NCBI GenBank assembly: GCA_038060895.1
Contig: JBBTCT010000022.1
Span: 192,001-256,000, forward strand
DNA: 64,000 nucleotides
Origin: Planctomycetota bacterium
GTDB taxonomy: Bacteria; Planctomycetota; MHYJ01; WSZJ01
Direction of reading: 5' to 3'
The notes under the pieces were generated by a model. The model was given only the letters and a program-made list of their open reading frames with translations, searched no databases and was not told the origin of the DNA. The position numbers and the translations under genes are program-made. Below are positions 7,090 to 15,453 of this stretch, piece after piece. Position 1 is the stretch's first letter. Each line of letters starts with the position of its first letter.

Positions 7090-7230
7090 TCAGAAAAACC
7101 GGCTCCCGATTCCCGGGTTGGGAATGGGATGACATGGAACCGGAAGCCGGTTCGGGAAGATCCGCCGGTTATCAAAGATCACTTCGCGCTGCGTCGGTTG
7201 ACCGCAACTTGCGCTTCCATCTCCTGGCAT
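7090..7230 (-). CDS. Putative 46-aa leader peptide (MPGDGSASCGQ...GSRFF)
   Basis: AGGAGG 6 nt upstream of the ATG; the ORF runs through a terminator-like hairpin and stops just after its U-tract. Confidence 0.4.
   Translation of the reverse strand: MPGDGSASCGQPTQREVIFDNRRIFPNRLPVPCHPIPNPGIGSRFF
7094..7150 (-). terminator. Intrinsic terminator or attenuator hairpin inside the tRNA array
   Basis: 15-bp stem CCGGCTTCCGGTTCC/GGAATCGGGAGCCGG followed by TTTTT. Confidence 0.55.
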
Positions 7231-7245
7231 GACGTTCCTCCTGCA

Positions 7246-7316
7246 AGGGACCGGTCGGGGTTGCACCGACGTCTCCCGGGCCACAGCCGGGCGGTCTGCT
7301 GTTGAGCTACAGTCCC
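7246..7316 (-). tRNA. trnH: tRNA-His(GTG) without G-1:C73, A18/G55
   Basis: Loop CT-GTG-GC; position -1 is C and N73 is T; T-loop TGCAACC. Confidence 0.8.
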
Positions 7317-7375
7317 GTGGCGGCGCCGGTCTGGAAGGTTGATGAGTGAAGCGGCGAAAAGGTTCGCGCGTGTGG

Positions 7376-7409
7376 AAAACGAAAACGCCGCCGAGTGATC
7401 GGCGGCGTT
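7376..7409 (-). terminator. Intrinsic terminator downstream of the small secreted-peptide gene
   Basis: AACGCCGCCGA-TCAC-TCGGCGGCGTT followed by TTCGTTTT. Confidence 0.7.
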
Positions 7410-7435
7410 CTGTTTGATCCTGGTCTGGCCGGCGG

Positions 7436-7663
7436 CTACATGCACTCGTTGCCCATTCCGACGTCTTCCGAACCGGCGCCGGATTCCGAGTCCATGCCGC
7501 CTTCGGTCGCGTCGCCGCCGGAGTGATCGTCCGTGCCGGGGAGCGGGCCGTCGCCGGTGCCGCCACCGTCGTAACCCGGCGCGGGCGGGGGAGGGCAGGC
7601 GAACGTCAGGACCGGGCTGGACAGGACTGCGAGGGTCACGAGCGCGATGATGAAGAGTTTCAT
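7436..7663 (-). CDS. Small secreted acidic Gly/Asp/Pro-rich peptide (75 aa)
   Basis: RBS AAGGAG, signal peptide MKLFIIALVTLAVLSSPVLTFA, own terminator. Confidence 0.65.
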   Translation of the reverse strand: MKLFIIALVTLAVLSSPVLTFACPPPPAPGYDGGGTGDGPLPGTDDHSGGDATEGGMDSESGAGSEDVGMGNECM

Positions 7664-7919
7664 GGTTATCTCCTTGATTTCTTTGTTTGAAGGCGTTTGT
7701 TTGTTTCGTACGACGGAAGTATGTATAGCAACGGGGGTGCCACTCGTTCCGCCTGCCGCCAACATCGACATAAAGCGTGTATTAGTAGTGTCTTGCGAGC
7801 GAATCACGATTTCCATGGCGCTCGAATTGAGCCATTAGCGTACGAAAACAAGACGATAACGCCGTACGCGAGTATGGGATTCGATCCCAAGCGGGTGCCA
7901 GCCTCTGCCAGCCACGCGC

Positions 7920-7964
7920 TTGACAGTTGCCGCCTTATGTCATATATTTCTGTATAGACAGAAC
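7920..7964 (+). promoter_or_regulatory. Sigma70 promoter with overlapping palindromic operator
   Basis: TTGACA-17 nt-TATATT; inverted repeat TTCTGT-atag-ACAGAA; a related site lies at 8540-8557. Confidence 0.65.
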
Positions 7965-7987
7965 AATCAGAAACGGAGGTCTCCCCC

Positions 7988-8512
7988 ATGAATCTCACCA
8001 CCACCGAAAAGAAGTTCATCCTCCACTGGGGCGAAATGGGAACCCGCTGGGGGATCAACCGCACCGTCGCCCAGGTCCACGCCCTTCTCTACATCTCGGG
8101 CCGCCCCGTCCCCGCCGATGAAATCGCCGAGACGCTCTCCGTCGCGCGCTCCAACGTCTCCACCTCGCTCCGCGAACTCCAGGGCTGGGGCCTCGCCAAG
8201 GTGACCCACGTCCTCGGCGACCGCAGGGATCACTTCGAGACCTTCCAGGACGTCTGGGCCATGTTCAAGCTCGTGGCGCAGGAGCGGAAGCGCCGCGAGA
8301 TTGACCCGACGCTGGCGATGCTGAAAGAGGCGATCGAGCAGGCGAACAAGGATGGCGAGAAGGCGGCCAGGGAGAGACTCGAGCACATGCTGGAGTTCTT
8401 CGAGACGCTGACGGCCACCTTCGACGAGTTCGTGAAGATGTCGCCGGGGGCGCTTCGGAAGGTCGTGAAGTATGGCGGGAAGCTGCAGAAGCTGCTGGGG
8501 GTCGGGACTTAG
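7988..8512 (+). CDS. GbsR/MarR family transcriptional regulator
   Basis: FILHWGEMGTRWGINRTVAQVHALL...ARSNVSTSLRELQGWGL signature. Confidence 0.9.
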   Translation: MNLTTTEKKFILHWGEMGTRWGINRTVAQVHALLYISGRPVPADEIAETLSVARSNVSTSLRELQGWGLAKVTHVLGDRRDHFETFQDVWAMFKLVAQERKRREIDPTLAMLKEAIEQANKDGEKAARERLEHMLEFFETLTATFDEFVKMSPGALRKVVKYGGKLQKLLGVGT

Positions 8513-8564
8513 GCCGGTCTTTTTTTTCGCGCTGAACATTTCAAAACTTACAGAAAGAACGGTT

Positions 8565-9803
8565 ATGACAGCCCACAGGCGATCTGCGTGGTTCTTCACC
8601 GAAGCGGCTCCGGCCCCCAGGGCCTGGGTCTGCTACGACGCGGAGTGCGCCCTGTGCACCGCCGGCGCCCGCCGCTTCGCCCCCCTCCTCGCCCGCCGCG
8701 GCATCGAAACCGTGCCGCTTCAGGCCGAGTGGGTCCGCGCGCGCCTCGGCCTGCGCCCCGACCAGATGGCGTTCATTGCTGCCGACGGGCAGACGTTCGG
8801 CGGGGCGGAAGCCGTGGCGCGCGTCTGCCGCGAGATCGGGTGGGCGTGGCCCGCGTGGGCGGCGAGCCGCGTGCCCGGAGTCGGCGCCCTCATGCGCGCC
8901 GGGTATCGCTGGGTCTCCGCGCGCCGGCATTGCGCGGGCGGGGCGTGCCGGATCGAGAAGCGGTCCGACGCCGTGACGTGGGAGCCGCTGGTGGTCCTGC
9001 CCGCGGCGGTGTTCGCGCTTCGCGAAGCGCTTCCCGCGTGGCTGTGGATGTGGGCGCTGTGCGCGGCGTTCTTCGCGGGATTCAAGTGGGTGACGCTCCG
9101 GAAAGCGCCGCCCGCCCGGCTCGGTGCGAGTCTCGCGTACGTCTTCACGTGGCCCGGCATGGACGCGAAGCGCTTCCTCCACGGCCGCGCGAAATCCGCG
9201 CCACGCACTTCCGAGTGGGCCGCGGCCGCGGTCAAGGTCGCCGTCGGTGTGGCGCTGTTCTTCTGCGTCCCTCGCTTCGTCGCCGACCCGCTCCTCGCCG
9301 CGTGGATCGCCATGGCCGGCCTGATCTTCGCCGTCCACTGCGGCGCCTTTCACCTCGCCAGCTGCGCCTGGCGCGCCGCCGGCCGCGACGCCGACCCCGT
9401 CATGAACGCGCCGCTCCTCGCCACGTCCCCCTCCGGTTTCTGGAGCGGCCGCTGGAACCGCGGCTTCAGCGACCTCGCCCGCGACCTCGTCGTGCGGCCC
9501 CTCCGCCGCGCCCCCGGCCTCGCGCTCTTCACCGTCTTCGCCCTCAGCGGCCTCGTCCACGAACTCGTCATCAGCGTCCCCGCCCGCGGCGGCTGGGGCC
9601 TGCCCACCGCGTACTTCGTCCTGCAAGGCGCCGCCGTCGCGCTCGAGCGCAGCCGGCTGGGGAAGCGGCTCGGTCTCGATCGCGGCCTGACCGGAAGGCT
9701 CTTCGCGTGGACCGTCGTCGCAGGCCCCGCGTTCTTCCTCTTCCACCCCCCGTTCGTGCACGGCGTCGTGCTGCCGATGCTTCGAGCGGCGGGGGTGAAG
9801 TGA
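8565..9803 (+). CDS. DUF393 (DCC-type) thiol-disulfide domain fused to an MBOAT/wax-synthase-like acyltransferase
   Basis: YDAECALC motif; FWSGRWN and FALSGLVHE (catalytic His). Confidence 0.85.
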   Translation: MTAHRRSAWFFTEAAPAPRAWVCYDAECALCTAGARRFAPLLARRGIETVPLQAEWVRARLGLRPDQMAFIAADGQTFGGAEAVARVCREIGWAWPAWAASRVPGVGALMRAGYRWVSARRHCAGGACRIEKRSDAVTWEPLVVLPAAVFALREALPAWLWMWALCAAFFAGFKWVTLRKAPPARLGASLAYVFTWPGMDAKRFLHGRAKSAPRTSEWAAAAVKVAVGVALFFCVPRFVADPLLAAWIAMAGLIFAVHCGAFHLASCAWRAAGRDADPVMNAPLLATSPSGFWSGRWNRGFSDLARDLVVRPLRRAPGLALFTVFALSGLVHELVISVPARGGWGLPTAYFVLQGAAVALERSRLGKRLGLDRGLTGRLFAWTVVAGPAFFLFHPPFVHGVVLPMLRAAGVK

Positions 9804-9816
9804 AAGGGGGATCAAG

Positions 9817-10221
9817 GTGGAAGTACTTTTCGCTGCGTTCGCCGGGATGCTGCTGGCGCCGATGCTGTTTCAGCCTCTCGTGGTGCTGTGGTGTCTGAGC
9901 CGGGTGACCGGTCCCGTTCGGCCGGAACCCAGCGCGGACCTGAGACAGGGGCTGTTGGCCTTCTGGGTACTAGTGACCGTCGCCCAAGTCGGTGGATGCG
10001 CTCTCATGCTCTGGCTCATGAATCGCAGAGCTTTGTGCGACGTCCTGACGCCTCTCGCGGCCGCCTTCTTCGGCTGGGGACTTTGGCCCGCGCGCCCTGT
10101 CGTGCTGCTCCGAATTCTGCCGACCCTTAGTCGACCGATCCGCTTCGTGGTTGTCGCAGGAGAGACGCTGATGACTGCCATTTACGGGGCCTGCACTGTT
10201 GCCTTGATTCGCAATTGGTAG
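9817..10221 (+). CDS. Hypothetical membrane protein
   Basis: Hydrophobic ORF inside the operon. Confidence 0.55.
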   Translation: MEVLFAAFAGMLLAPMLFQPLVVLWCLSRVTGPVRPEPSADLRQGLLAFWVLVTVAQVGGCALMLWLMNRRALCDVLTPLAAAFFGWGLWPARPVVLLRILPTLSRPIRFVVVAGETLMTAIYGACTVALIRNW

Positions 10222-10232
10222 GAGGGACCACG

Positions 10233-10640
10233 ATGACTCTCATCACCGCTATCCGGCTGGCCGGCCTGCTCCAGCTCGCGCTCATCCCGGTGAACTTCGT
10301 CGCTCCCTACAAGCTCCGCTACGCCGCGAGCCTCGCCGGCGCGACGCCGGTCGTGCGCAACATCTTCTACGTGCACGCGGGCTACATCGTCTTCGTACTC
10401 GCCGGCCTCGGCGCGCTTTGCCTCGGCGCGGCGGACTTCCTGGGAAGCGGCGCCCCGCTCGCCCGCTGGACCTGCGGTTACCTCGCCGCGTTCTGGGGAA
10501 TCCGCGTCCTCGTGCAGATCTTCTACTACGACCGTGAAGAACGCCGGCGCAACCGCGCGCTCGACGTCGCGTTCCTCACGTTGTTTGGGTTCCTGGCGGC
10601 GGTGTTCGCCGCGGCGGCGAGCACAGGAGGCCTGCGATGA
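10233..10640 (+). CDS. Hypothetical 4-TM membrane protein
   Basis: RBS GGAGG; resembles 10765-11199 (FW..R..V..FYY/F). Confidence 0.75.
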   Translation: MTLITAIRLAGLLQLALIPVNFVAPYKLRYAASLAGATPVVRNIFYVHAGYIVFVLAGLGALCLGAADFLGSGAPLARWTCGYLAAFWGIRVLVQIFYYDREERRRNRALDVAFLTLFGFLAAVFAAAASTGGLR

Positions 10641-10762
10641 TCGTCTTCTTCTTGCACCCACTGACGCACGTGCTGGGCGTAACCCTGATAGCGATCTCAC
10701 TCGGAGCTCTCGCGATCCTCGTCGTGACGTACCACGCGCGGCGCTACGGGTACTGGAGGTGA
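10637..10762 (+). CDS. Small single-TM protein (41 aa), below the ORF-track cutoff
   Basis: ATGA overlap with the upstream stop; RBS GGAGG; MIVFFLHPLTHVLGVTLIAISLGALAILVVTYHARRYGYWR. Confidence 0.55.
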   Translation: MIVFFLHPLTHVLGVTLIAISLGALAILVVTYHARRYGYWR

Positions 10763-10764
10763 CC

Positions 10765-11199
10765 ATGCTTCCCGAACTCATGCCGAGGTGCCTTCTGATG
10801 GCCGGTCTTGGACACTTCCTCGTCCTCGCCGCAAGCTTCCAGGTCCCTGCGCGTCTGGGCTGGAAGGAAGAACTCGCGCGCCTCCGCCCCCTGAACCGCA
10901 AGCTGATGTGGATCTACGGCGGATTTACCGTCCTCACGATCGTCGCGTTCGGCTTCCTGACGCTCTTCCTCCGCGACGAAATGCTCCTCGGCGACAAGGC
11001 CGCGGTCGCGCTCGCGGCGTTCATCGGCGTGTACTGGGCCGCGCGCATCGGCGTCGACGTGTTCTATTTCAGTCACGACGACTGGCCGAAGGGGCGCCAG
11101 TTCGTGGTCGGGCATGCGCTGCTGATGATGCTGTTCGCGTTTCTGGCGGTGACGTACTTCGGGCTCGTCGTGTGGCAGCTCTCGGGGGGCGCGCGATGA
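10765..11199 (+). CDS. Hypothetical 4-TM membrane protein
   Basis: RBS GGAGG; VPARLGWKEELARLRPLNRKLMWIYGGF. Confidence 0.8.
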   Translation: MLPELMPRCLLMAGLGHFLVLAASFQVPARLGWKEELARLRPLNRKLMWIYGGFTVLTIVAFGFLTLFLRDEMLLGDKAAVALAAFIGVYWAARIGVDVFYFSHDDWPKGRQFVVGHALLMMLFAFLAVTYFGLVVWQLSGGAR

Positions 11200-12044
11200 G
11201 AACGGACTTCGATGAGCAGTGCACCGTCGGTTGCACCGCCTTCATCGGCCTGGGGATTCTCTGCATTTCGGGACTCGCCCTGGCGAGCTCGGCCATCGAA
11301 TTCAGCATCGTCGTGATCGCCGTCGCGGTCTTCGGGCTTTTCATTGGCCTTGCGATCACCTTGATCGCAGTGGACAGCCCGCGCCCGGCTATCAATTTCA
11401 GGTCGAAGCGAAACGCCTTGCCCGCGCCGGCAAGCCCGGCCTCCCTTCGCCTCGAGCCTGTCCCGCATGCGGAACCCATCTGGACCCGCGGAGGCCCGGC
11501 GATGCGCGCCCACGTCGAGGCCCGCACGCGAATCGAGACGATCTTCCTCGCACTCATGGCCTCCGTGGCCGTCCAGGCGATTGCAATGACTGCGCTCTTC
11601 GCGCGCAGCGACGAGAATCCCACGATGGCCGCTCTGGGCGCAGTCGCATTCCTTCCCGTCGCCCTGGCGACGCTGACCGCCTCGCGCCGCGATGGAGGCG
11701 ACTGCGCGGTGACCACCGCGACCCTGGTCGCCGTGCTCGGCGGCGGTTCCAACATCGGACTCTCCATCACCGTCTGGTTCGCCGCGCCCCCTTTCGGCCA
11801 GCTCGACCCCACGCTGTTCACGGAACATCCCGGCCGCGACTTCCTCTGGAGTCCCTTCGCAGGCGCCGGGGGACCCTGGTTCCTCTCCGGCCTCGCCACA
11901 CTTCTCGTCGCCCGCGCTTCACGCCCCGGTGGATGGCCGGGGAGTTCCATCCATTCGCGCGAAGCGGCGGCGTGGTGGATGAACGGCGTGCCGGTCATCA
12001 GCCTGCTGGCCTACGGATTCGCGATGCAGATGGCACGCCGCTGA
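11196..12044 (+). CDS. Hypothetical multi-pass membrane protein
   Basis: ATGA coupling; several hydrophobic segments. Confidence 0.55.
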   Translation: MRTDFDEQCTVGCTAFIGLGILCISGLALASSAIEFSIVVIAVAVFGLFIGLAITLIAVDSPRPAINFRSKRNALPAPASPASLRLEPVPHAEPIWTRGGPAMRAHVEARTRIETIFLALMASVAVQAIAMTALFARSDENPTMAALGAVAFLPVALATLTASRRDGGDCAVTTATLVAVLGGGSNIGLSITVWFAAPPFGQLDPTLFTEHPGRDFLWSPFAGAGGPWFLSGLATLLVARASRPGGWPGSSIHSREAAAWWMNGVPVISLLAYGFAMQMARR

Positions 12045-12100
12045 TCGTCGGCGCCCGGCGTTTCTGGTCCGACCCAATCGCTGCCCTTACGATCTCGACG

Positions 12101-13633
12101 ATGCACTCCGAGCTCGCCTACCTCTTTCGCCATGCCCTCCTGCGCGACGCGGCCTACCAGCTGCAGCTCCCCGGGGACCGCGCGCGGCTGCACGGGCTGG
12201 CGTTCGCGGTGATCGAGAAAGTGTGCGGCGGTCGCCCGCCGGAGCCGCCGGCTCTCGGGCACGCGGAGAGTCCGCCCGAACGTCCTCATCCGACGGACGG
12301 ATTTGCGGAAGCGCTCGCGGAGCATGCCGGGCTCTCCGACGGAAGCCTGAGTCCGGCGGGGATCCTGCGAGTGCGCCGGCTTTACCTGCGCCGCGCGGCG
12401 GAGTTCGCGGCGAAACGTTTCCGCCCAGGCGCGGCCGTCCGCCTGTGGGAGCAATTCGCAGGACTCTCGGAAGAGCGCGAGAAAGCGGCCGCGCTCCTGC
12501 AGGCGGGCCGGCTCGCGATCCAGGATGGCCGGACAGGGTCGGTGGAAGCGCACCTTTCGACGGCACTCGAGCTCTTTCGAAAGAGTGGCGAAGCGCGCGG
12601 CGAGGGCGCGGCGCTGGGTTACTTGTCGAGCGTCTTCGGCGAAAACGGCCAGGTCGAGAAGGCGGAGCGCATGGCGGAAGACGCGCTGCGCGTGCAGCGG
12701 GCGGCCGGGGACCGGAAGGCCGAAGGGTCCACGCTGGGGAACCTGGCGACGCTTCTGATGCGGACGGGCCGGACCGGGCCGGCGGAACGGGTGTATCGGG
12801 AGGCGCTGGACCTCCACCGTGAAACCGGGAATCGGCATCAGGAGGCGATCGCTCTGACGAACCTGGCCAGTCTCCAAAGGGACATGGGGCAATTCCGGGA
12901 AGCCGAGCCCGCATATCAGGAAGCGTTGAAGATCAATCGGAGTCTCGGCAATCGGCGCTCCGAGGGGATGGCACTTGCGAACCTGGCGATGCTCTTCGAC
13001 TTGACGGGAAGGCGCTCGCAGGCGCTGGACGGCTTCGAGCGCGCCCTCGCCATCGCCCGGGAGGTCGGGAGCAGGCTGCTGGAGGCCAGCGTCCTGGGCA
13101 ACCTCAGCAACATCTTCCTGGACACAGGCCCCCCAGGCCAGGCGGCGGACCTGCTGGCGCGCTCGCTGTCGATCGCTCGCGAGATCGGAAACAGGCACAC
13201 GGAAGCTCTTCTCCTCGCGAACCTCGCCCGTCTGCACCTGCGCGAGGGGCGGCTCGGCGAAGCCGGGCAGGGATTCGCGGAAGCGATGGCGATTCTTCGC
13301 GACATGGGAGACACGAGATCCGTGGGGATCATGGAAGCAAACCTGGCCGGCCTGCACGAGCGCGCGGGACGGATCGAGGAGGCCGAGGCCTCGCTCGGCA
13401 GGGCCCGGGAGCTGCTCCGGCAGGTCGGCGATCTGCAGACGGAGGCCAGCGTGCTGTGCGCGAGCGCCATTCTGCAGGTCCAGCGGGGGAGGCGCGACGC
13501 CGCGCTTCCCGACTGGCAGGAAGGTGCCCGCAGGCTGCGCGACTGCGGCGATGTCCAGGAACTGGAGCGCCAGATGTCCGCGATGAAGGAGGCATGCGGG
13601 AAGGCCGGCGTGCCTGCGCTTCCGGACGAATGA
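12101..13633 (+). CDS. TPR-repeat protein with a STAND-type N-terminal motif
   Basis: YLFRHALLRDAAYQ followed by about 8 TPRs (GNRR.EG..L.NLA). Confidence 0.85.
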   Translation: MHSELAYLFRHALLRDAAYQLQLPGDRARLHGLAFAVIEKVCGGRPPEPPALGHAESPPERPHPTDGFAEALAEHAGLSDGSLSPAGILRVRRLYLRRAAEFAAKRFRPGAAVRLWEQFAGLSEEREKAAALLQAGRLAIQDGRTGSVEAHLSTALELFRKSGEARGEGAALGYLSSVFGENGQVEKAERMAEDALRVQRAAGDRKAEGSTLGNLATLLMRTGRTGPAERVYREALDLHRETGNRHQEAIALTNLASLQRDMGQFREAEPAYQEALKINRSLGNRRSEGMALANLAMLFDLTGRRSQALDGFERALAIAREVGSRLLEASVLGNLSNIFLDTGPPGQAADLLARSLSIAREIGNRHTEALLLANLARLHLREGRLGEAGQGFAEAMAILRDMGDTRSVGIMEANLAGLHERAGRIEEAEASLGRARELLRQVGDLQTEASVLCASAILQVQRGRRDAALPDWQEGARRLRDCGDVQELERQMSAMKEACGKAGVPALPDE

Positions 13634-13772
13634 CAGGCGGCGTCCTTCGCTTCAGCGCTGCCTCGCGCGCGTGAGGAGCGCGCAAGGCATTTCAAACCGG
13701 CTGCGGCACGCCAGCGCGGGTAGGCCGCACCGCGCAGGAAGGCATGACGAAAGAGAGATGCGGAATCGGCGT

Positions 13773-15209
13773 TCACGCGGGGCTTGTCCGGAACTCGGAT
13801 ATCCCTGCCTTCGCGCACGCTTCCCGCATCCGCTCCAGCTCAGGCTCGAGCGCCGACGGTCCTTGGGGACCCATGAGGCGAAAGCCCTCGAGCCAGGTAC
13901 GCCGCGAGTCGTCGATTCGACCCTGCTGCAGCAGGAGCAGGCCCAGGTCGCAGAGGTGGGCGGCCTCGAAGTGCGCGTTGTGGACCTCGCGGTCGATCAC
14001 CAACGCCTCCATGAAGAGGCGCCCGGAAGAATCCAGACGACCCGTCAGCTGGTGGAGGGTTGCGAGATTTCCCAGTGTGATGCCTTCGGAACGCCGGTTC
14101 CCGGTCTCCTGATGAATTGCCAGTGCTTCCTCGCCCGTCCGTTCCGACTCGCCGAACCGGCCCAGCGTCGCCAGAAAGCTTCCGAAATTCGTCAGGATTC
14201 CGCCTTCGGATCGTCGGTCGCCTACTTCCCGGAGGATATGCAGGGCCTCAAGGAGCGAGCTCTCAGCGCGTCGCATCTCCCCGGTCTGCGCCAGGACGTT
14301 CGCATAATTCCCAAGCGTGAGCCCTTCAGAACTGCGGTTCCTGACTTCTCGGTGAATGGCGAGAGCCTCTTCCTGCAACGTCAGTGCTTCCTGAGTCCGT
14401 CCCCCCAGCCGCGCGATGGTGGCGAGATTGCTCAGCCCGACGCCCTCCGCGCGACGATCGCCGGCGGCGAGGTGAAGAGAGAGGGCGCGCCGGAAAAGGC
14501 GTTCCGCCTCCTCGAGTCGTCCTGTCTCGCGATAGAGCCGGCCGAGATTCGCCAGGGCGTTTCCCTCCAATCGCGGGTCAGGATTGTCGCCGAGGAGCTT
14601 GAGAATCTCCTGATGAAGCTGCTCAGCGTCGGTCACCCGACCCGACTCGTGCCGCACCATCGCGAGACCGCTCAGCGAGAGGATTTCACGACGCCGGTCC
14701 CCGTTCCGGCGGTGGATGAGAAGCGCCTGCTCATAGGACGGGGCGGCGCGAATGGGATGGCCTGCACGAAGGGCCACGTCGCCCGCCTTGCGGAACGACT
14801 CGCCTCTCTCGGCCCCGGTTGTCAGAGAAGCGTACTTGAGCCACTGGGCCTCCGCTTCGAGATACTGAAATCGTTTTTCGGCGAACCCTGCGGAGCGGCG
14901 CACGTATCGCCGCTCTTCTGCCCGCGCGTTTCGCCCGGGAGCCAGTTCGGGATCGGTGTCGCCTTCAGACTGTGCGAGACGGGCGTGCTCGGACAGCTCC
15001 GAAGCGAACTGGTCGGCTGGATGCGGCTCCGGAAGAGGCTCGGAACCGTCCAGCGACGGCAGGAGCGGGGGAGGTCCGCCGGCCAGGCCTTCGATCGCCG
15101 CGAATGCCAGCGCATGCAGCCTCGTGCGGTCGCCGGGGAGCTGGAGCTGGTACGCCGCATCGCGCAGCAATGCGTGACGAAACAGGTACGCAGTTTCTCC
15201 TGTGATCAC
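13773..15209 (-). CDS. TPR-repeat protein, paralog of 12101-13633
   Basis: Shares the N-terminus AYLFRHALLRDAAYQLQLPGDR and the C-terminus EACxKAG. Confidence 0.85.
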   Translation of the reverse strand: MITGETAYLFRHALLRDAAYQLQLPGDRTRLHALAFAAIEGLAGGPPPLLPSLDGSEPLPEPHPADQFASELSEHARLAQSEGDTDPELAPGRNARAEERRYVRRSAGFAEKRFQYLEAEAQWLKYASLTTGAERGESFRKAGDVALRAGHPIRAAPSYEQALLIHRRNGDRRREILSLSGLAMVRHESGRVTDAEQLHQEILKLLGDNPDPRLEGNALANLGRLYRETGRLEEAERLFRRALSLHLAAGDRRAEGVGLSNLATIARLGGRTQEALTLQEEALAIHREVRNRSSEGLTLGNYANVLAQTGEMRRAESSLLEALHILREVGDRRSEGGILTNFGSFLATLGRFGESERTGEEALAIHQETGNRRSEGITLGNLATLHQLTGRLDSSGRLFMEALVIDREVHNAHFEAAHLCDLGLLLLQQGRIDDSRRTWLEGFRLMGPQGPSALEPELERMREACAKAGISEFRTSPA

Positions 15210-15453
15210 GTCCGAATCCTAACAGGGCCCGGCGCGAAGATTGTCGAAGCGGCACCGGTTGTGAAAGCCGAGGCGGCGCCCGCCCACGGGTCGCATGGCC
15301 CGCTGCTGAAATCCGCTGACGCCTTGGCGGTTCGATAGTCTGCACCGGCGCGGCGGAATTCCTGGCGGGTGGGACGCCGCTCGCGCGGTGTAATCTGGGA
15401 GGCCCGAGGGACGGGCTTGCATCCCCATTGTCCGCGGAACCGAGGAGATCGAC

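Noticed and set aside
3058-7090. Many ORFs in the ORF track across the tRNA array
   Set aside because: They overlap clear tRNA cloverleaves and hairpins and have no protein-like features
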